Source: Camelus ferus
Taxonomy: Eukaryota
Assembly: GCF_009834535.1 (NCBI RefSeq)
Contig: NC_045717.1
Span: 20,646,001-20,710,000, forward strand
DNA: 64,000 nucleotides
Reading direction: 5' to 3'
The notes under the pieces are model-generated. The model was not told the DNA's origin, did no database searches, and saw only the letters and a program-made list of their open reading frames with translations. A program made the translations under genes and the position numbers. The first letter of the stretch is position 1; each line of letters starts with the position of its first letter. Positions 59,829 through 64,000 of this stretch are shown piece by piece.

Positions 59829-61246
59829 GGCTGCCCCAGGACAGGACCTCCTCAGCCCCCGACACCTGACAAGCGAGGCTGCATCAAACAATGGTGGACA
59901 CATGCTATTCAGCTACAGCCACCTTCCCAGGATGCCAGAGGACAGGCTCGAGGCCTCAGTCAGGATACAGACAGCATCCAGGTTCATGGCACCTGTGCAC
60001 TTACAACCCCCAGGCCTCACACCTGACCTGTAGCCATGGGACTGAGCCAAGAGGAAGGGGCAAGACTCAGGGCATGACTGTGAGAGATGTTGAAGTCTGA
60101 CCTGGCTGGAGGGGGTATGATGTAGAGCTGTACCTTCAACATGGGGATATCCAACTGGGAAACGTTGAAACTCACCCCATTCTGCATGTGCTGAGGCCCT
60201 ACAATCCTAAGAGGGAAGTGGCCCTGCACAGACACATGCAGCGTTGAAACACAAATCCCCTCACTTCCTCTGACAAATGTCTGCTCGGGTACTGCTATCT
60301 GTCCACTGACTGTCCCCAGCCCTTGATGATGACATATTTATTCATTTGTTGTCTACCCGCTATTTACTGAGTGCCTTTTATGTGGTCTAGAATGGTAAGC
60401 AAGAATGTAGGTTTCTGCCCTCAGGGAGCTCTCAGTCTAACCTCATTCAGGATTGCGAGGCACAGTTGTGCTGGCTGTGCACTGCACATGAGTACCTGGC
60501 AAAATGATTAAGTGGGGCTAGGCTTTCCCATTCCATTGGCCAAGCTCCTTCCTCCCAGAACTAGTGGTGACATGGTTTAGCTGGTGTCATGCCCAGGGAT
60601 GACCCACTGAGCCCTGATGCCTCAGCACTGGTACTGACCTCTGCTAGCCACTTCTCCACCCATAACTATCTCTGCTCGTGCTCACAGTGACACTTGATGG
60701 CATGCCTAAACATGGGTGCTCACTCCTTAATAGCCAAACCGTGGAGTCCCATGAAACTATGCCCAGCCCCTGCGTGCCCCTGCCTTGTCCTACCTGTTTC
60801 CATCTCAGTGGGACCATGCAAGAGCAGAACACTGCAGCTCCAAGCTCCTTCAGCAATAAGGGTCCAGCAGGCAGTGGGGAGGGGAGGCCTGGGAGAAACT
60901 GCTCCCTGCTGCAGAAGCCACTCCCTTGTGCTAGTAAAGCTTCTTCATCCTCCCAGCATTGTAAGAGTTGAGAGGGGAGGTGTCATGTCCAGCTGGAGCC
61001 CTTTCTAGCCGCCCCACCACAACCCGGTCCTCCCACTTCCTGCCCCAAGAAAAAGCTGGTTCAAGGCCTAACCCTCAGGCTCTAATCCAAACCGGAGGGC
61101 CTTCTGAGAAGCTAGTGAAAATTAAAGATCTCTCTCCAGAAAAACAGGATGACGTTTGATTTATAATGGGGTCTGAAATCCCATTCTTAAGCCGTGGGAG
61201 GGGGTTGTTTCCTGCAGGGCTTCTGGGCCCCTGGGAGCCTCTTTCC

Positions 61247-61286
61247 GGGTGGGGCTGACTAGGCGCTGCTGCGATCCTCCTTATCT
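61247..61286 (+). promoter_or_regulatory. ICAM4: Erythroid-type ICAM4 proximal promoter (KLF CACCC box and GATA site)
   Basis: GGGTGGGG at 61247-61254 and TTATCT (AGATAA on minus) at 61281-61286, 55-95 nt before the ATG. No TATA box. Confidence 0.65.
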
Positions 61287-61340
61287 CCAGAGCCAGCCTT
61301 GGCTCCCTGGCTCGGGGCCCCTCAGTCCAGGCTTTCTGCC

Positions 61341-62412
61341 ATGGGGTCTCTGCTCCCCCTCTTTCTGCTGCTTTTGCTGGCAGCCTCCTACCAGCCAACT
61401 GGGAGCAGGCGGAGGCGCTGGGGTACCCGGACGCAGGGAACGGGAGGTAGATCTCCCGCACCCTCGGAGACCTCAGCACCGTTCTGGGTGCGCATAAGCC
61501 CCGAGTTCAAGGCCGTGCCGCCGGGGGGCTCACTGTGGCTCAACTGCAGCAGCAGCTGCCCCCTACCGGAGGGTTTCAGCCTCCGCACCGTGCTGCCGCG
61601 GGGCGAGACGCTCAGTGGGCCCCATTGGGTATCCTACCAGCTGCTGGATGTGAGGGCCTGGAGCTCCGATGTGCAATGCTTCGTCACCTGCGCAGGAGAA
61701 ACGCGGGAGGCCACCGCCAGGATTACCGCCTACAGTGAGGGACAGGGGCTCAGGCCGGGCTGGGGTGAGGGAAGGGGGACTGCTGGGGTAGCTGACAGCC
61801 GCTCTAGGGGGAGCCCTCGGACTTTGCCCAGCAGTCCCCTCTTGCTTTAGAACAGCCACGCAGCGTGATCCTGGAGCCTCCGGTCTTAGTGCGCGATGAG
61901 TACACTCTTCGCTGCCACGTGACGCACGTGTTCCCCGTGGGCTTCCTGGTGGTGACTCTGAGGCGCGGTGGTCAAGTCATCTACTCAGAAAGCCTGGAGC
62001 GCTACACTAGCGTGGATCTGGCCAATGTGACGATGACTCACACCCTTCATGCCAGGCCCAGTGACTTCGGGCAGCCAGTGACCTGCCACGCCCACCTAAA
62101 TCTCGATGGCCTGGTGGTCCTCAGTAGCTCGGCACCCATGATGCTGACAGCTTTTGGTGAGGAATTCTTATAATCCTGGGAGGAGTGGGGAAGGGTCGTG
62201 ACCTCAAGAAGGTGCGCAGGCCAAGAGAGCGTGTCAACGCGGGTCGTCGCACCTCCAAGTGCTCAGTTCCTAATTCTCGCCTCCTGTCTCCAGCTTGGAG
62301 TCCCGCATCCAAAGCCTTGGCCTCCACCTCCATCGCAGTCTTTGTGGTGATCCATCTCGTCGTGGGGGCCCTCTACCTTCGAAAGTGCCTATTGATGCAG
62401 TCCCGGGCCTAG
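61341..62412 (+). CDS. ICAM4: Intercellular adhesion molecule 4 (LW blood group), 272 aa, 3 exons
   Basis: Exons 61341-61734, 61851-62156 and 62294-62412, total 819 nt. Motifs PFWVR.SPEF, WVSYQLLDVRAWSS, VILEPPVL and LNLDGLVV. Confidence 0.97.
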
Positions 62413-63129
62413 AGGCACTGGTCCATGCTGGCTGAACTGGAGGAAAAAGGAATCTGGAACTATTTGGAGAACCCTGCCTGTCTCAAAAAAGCCTTCCTCA
62501 GCCAGCTTCTGTCCCTGGACATAAAGGTCCCCCATTAGTGCTCCTCTTCTGACAAAGTAGTTGTCTTTTTTTGGCCTTGCCTCTATCGTTTTCTCCAAGT
62601 TCCTTGTTTCCCTGAAGGCACCTGAGGTTTCTTCACTCTGGTCTTCTGCATGGGAGCCCCAATCTCTCTGCATTCCCCGCCGGTGTAGTAAAAACCTCTC
62701 CCGTGGGCATTATCAGTGCAGTGCAGGTGGGCAAAGCATGGGCCCTGGGGGCTTAGGGCTGTGGGAAGGCTGGTTCATGGTATGGCTTCTCCTGATTGGT
62801 TCCACCGCTACCACGCAGCAGCTGTGATTGGACGTTAAGTTTCCTTCCCTCCTCCACTTCAGAACCTGCAGTTTCCTGGAGCACAGGGGTGGGGCGAGAA
62901 CTAATCCCTATAGTTCACCATTAGCGCTGGGAGTGAGAGCACAAATGGGAGGGGTCATGTGTACATTTTGAGGGACGTGGATATGCAGAAAAAATACCCA
63001 TGTGATAACTACGGGGAAGGAGCAACCAGATGGTCGGGGGTTGGGGGGAGGATGTCACAGACTCGCATCCTGGCAACGTCCTGATAGTCCCCGGGCCTGG
63101 TGAGTGCATAGGAGGGTGTCAAAGCCTGG

Positions 63130-64000
63130 GGCCCGATGCGGGGTCAAAAGTGTCATAGTTGGTTTCTTGGTCTCGCGTGGACACAGAATCTGGACCCGCA
63201 CTGGATGCCTGGCAAGGCCGGAGCGGTCCAGTGCCCCGGCCGCTGCACAGAAAGCGGATTCCGGGGTGCTCTTTGGCTGTTCCCACTCACACACGCCGCG
63301 TAGACACGTGCCCGCTGCACGCTGGGTAAATACAGACCCAGAGCCGAGCCGACCCTAATTTAGATGCCCGGGAACGCTGCGCGCAGGCACACGTGTTCCC
63401 GACTCGCTGTCACTTTCGTCCCCGCCCCTTCTGTCGCGTGCGGGGGCGGAGTCAGAGAAAGACTGGGGGCGTGGCTGTGACCCTCAGCTCCCCGGTTCAA
63501 CTGGGGAAGGATCAGTGAGGGAGGCATCCCCACATCCTCTCCTAGAACCATCTCTTCCCCAGCTTGCACTTCTCAAATCTCTCCTAGCCCCCAAATCAAT
63601 CTCCGCCCCAAGAAGCGCTGGTGGGAAGGGCCAAATATGGAGGCGGAGCTCAGAGTCCAGCTTATTATCATATCATCTAAGCTAGGAGTGGGGTGGAGAT
63701 TTGAGAAGGGCAACCCTGCATCCCCCCACCTCCGCGTCGCCGCTGGGGATGACGCGGGAGCGCGCAGCCGCCCCCAGAAGGCCCCGGGAGATGGGGCCGG
63801 CCTCCACGTAGACCCCGGGGGTCGCTCGCTCCAGCCAGCACGCCTTCATCAAGGCCGGGAGCCTGGTGCAAGATCGCCCTCCAGCACCCCCCTCACCCCG
63901 CCGCCTCTGCTGCCGCCCCCTCCTTGGAAACCAAGTTACCAACGTTAAACCAATCCCCGAGCGCAACTCAGCCTCCTCCACACCCCACCCGCCGCGCGGC
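63130..64000 (+). promoter_or_regulatory. CpG-rich region, probably the ICAM5 promoter (no ICAM5 coding sequence inside the window)
   Basis: CpG density rises toward the right edge. Identity is inferred only from the conserved ICAM1-ICAM4-ICAM5 gene order. Confidence 0.55.

Noticed and set aside
61700-61734. ICAM4 D1 ETREATAR versus human KTRWATSR (loss of the integrin-contact Trp)
   Set aside because: As recalled, mouse ICAM4 also has ETREATAR, so it is not lineage-specific.
63218-63240. RE1/REST-like half site upstream of ICAM5
   Set aside because: Only one half matches (GGAGCGGTCC), and the spacing and second half are wrong.

Overview
Mammalian (eukaryotic) genomic DNA, syntenic with human 19p13.2. 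Gene order: DNMT1 5' end (minus; coding exons 1-3 plus part of exon 4), S1PR2 (minus), MRPL4 (plus, 9 exons, 294 aa), ICAM1 (plus, 7 exons, 535 aa), ICAM4 (plus, 3 exons, 272 aa), then a CpG-rich end that is probably the ICAM5 promoter. Exon boundaries were read by hand: all introns are GT-AG and the phases join into open frames. tRNA-Ala-headed SINEs of the vic-1 type suggest a camelid (inference). There are three N gaps and no CRISPR or other prokaryotic system. Best lead: a minus-strand segment about 7.7 kb upstream of DNMT1 exon 1 (14928-15090) looks like the oocyte-specific exon 1o. Unlike the mouse form, it carries an ATG in frame with exon 2, which predicts an almost full-length oocyte DNMT1 with a new 21-aa N-terminus, overlapped by an out-of-frame uORF. 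Secondary leads: a strong cryptic acceptor in ICAM1 intron 2, no canonical AATAAA after ICAM1 or ICAM4, unusual residues in MRPL4, S1PR2 and ICAM1, and several dense regulatory motif clusters. Comparisons with human, mouse and cattle are from memory and are labelled as such; no database search was run.
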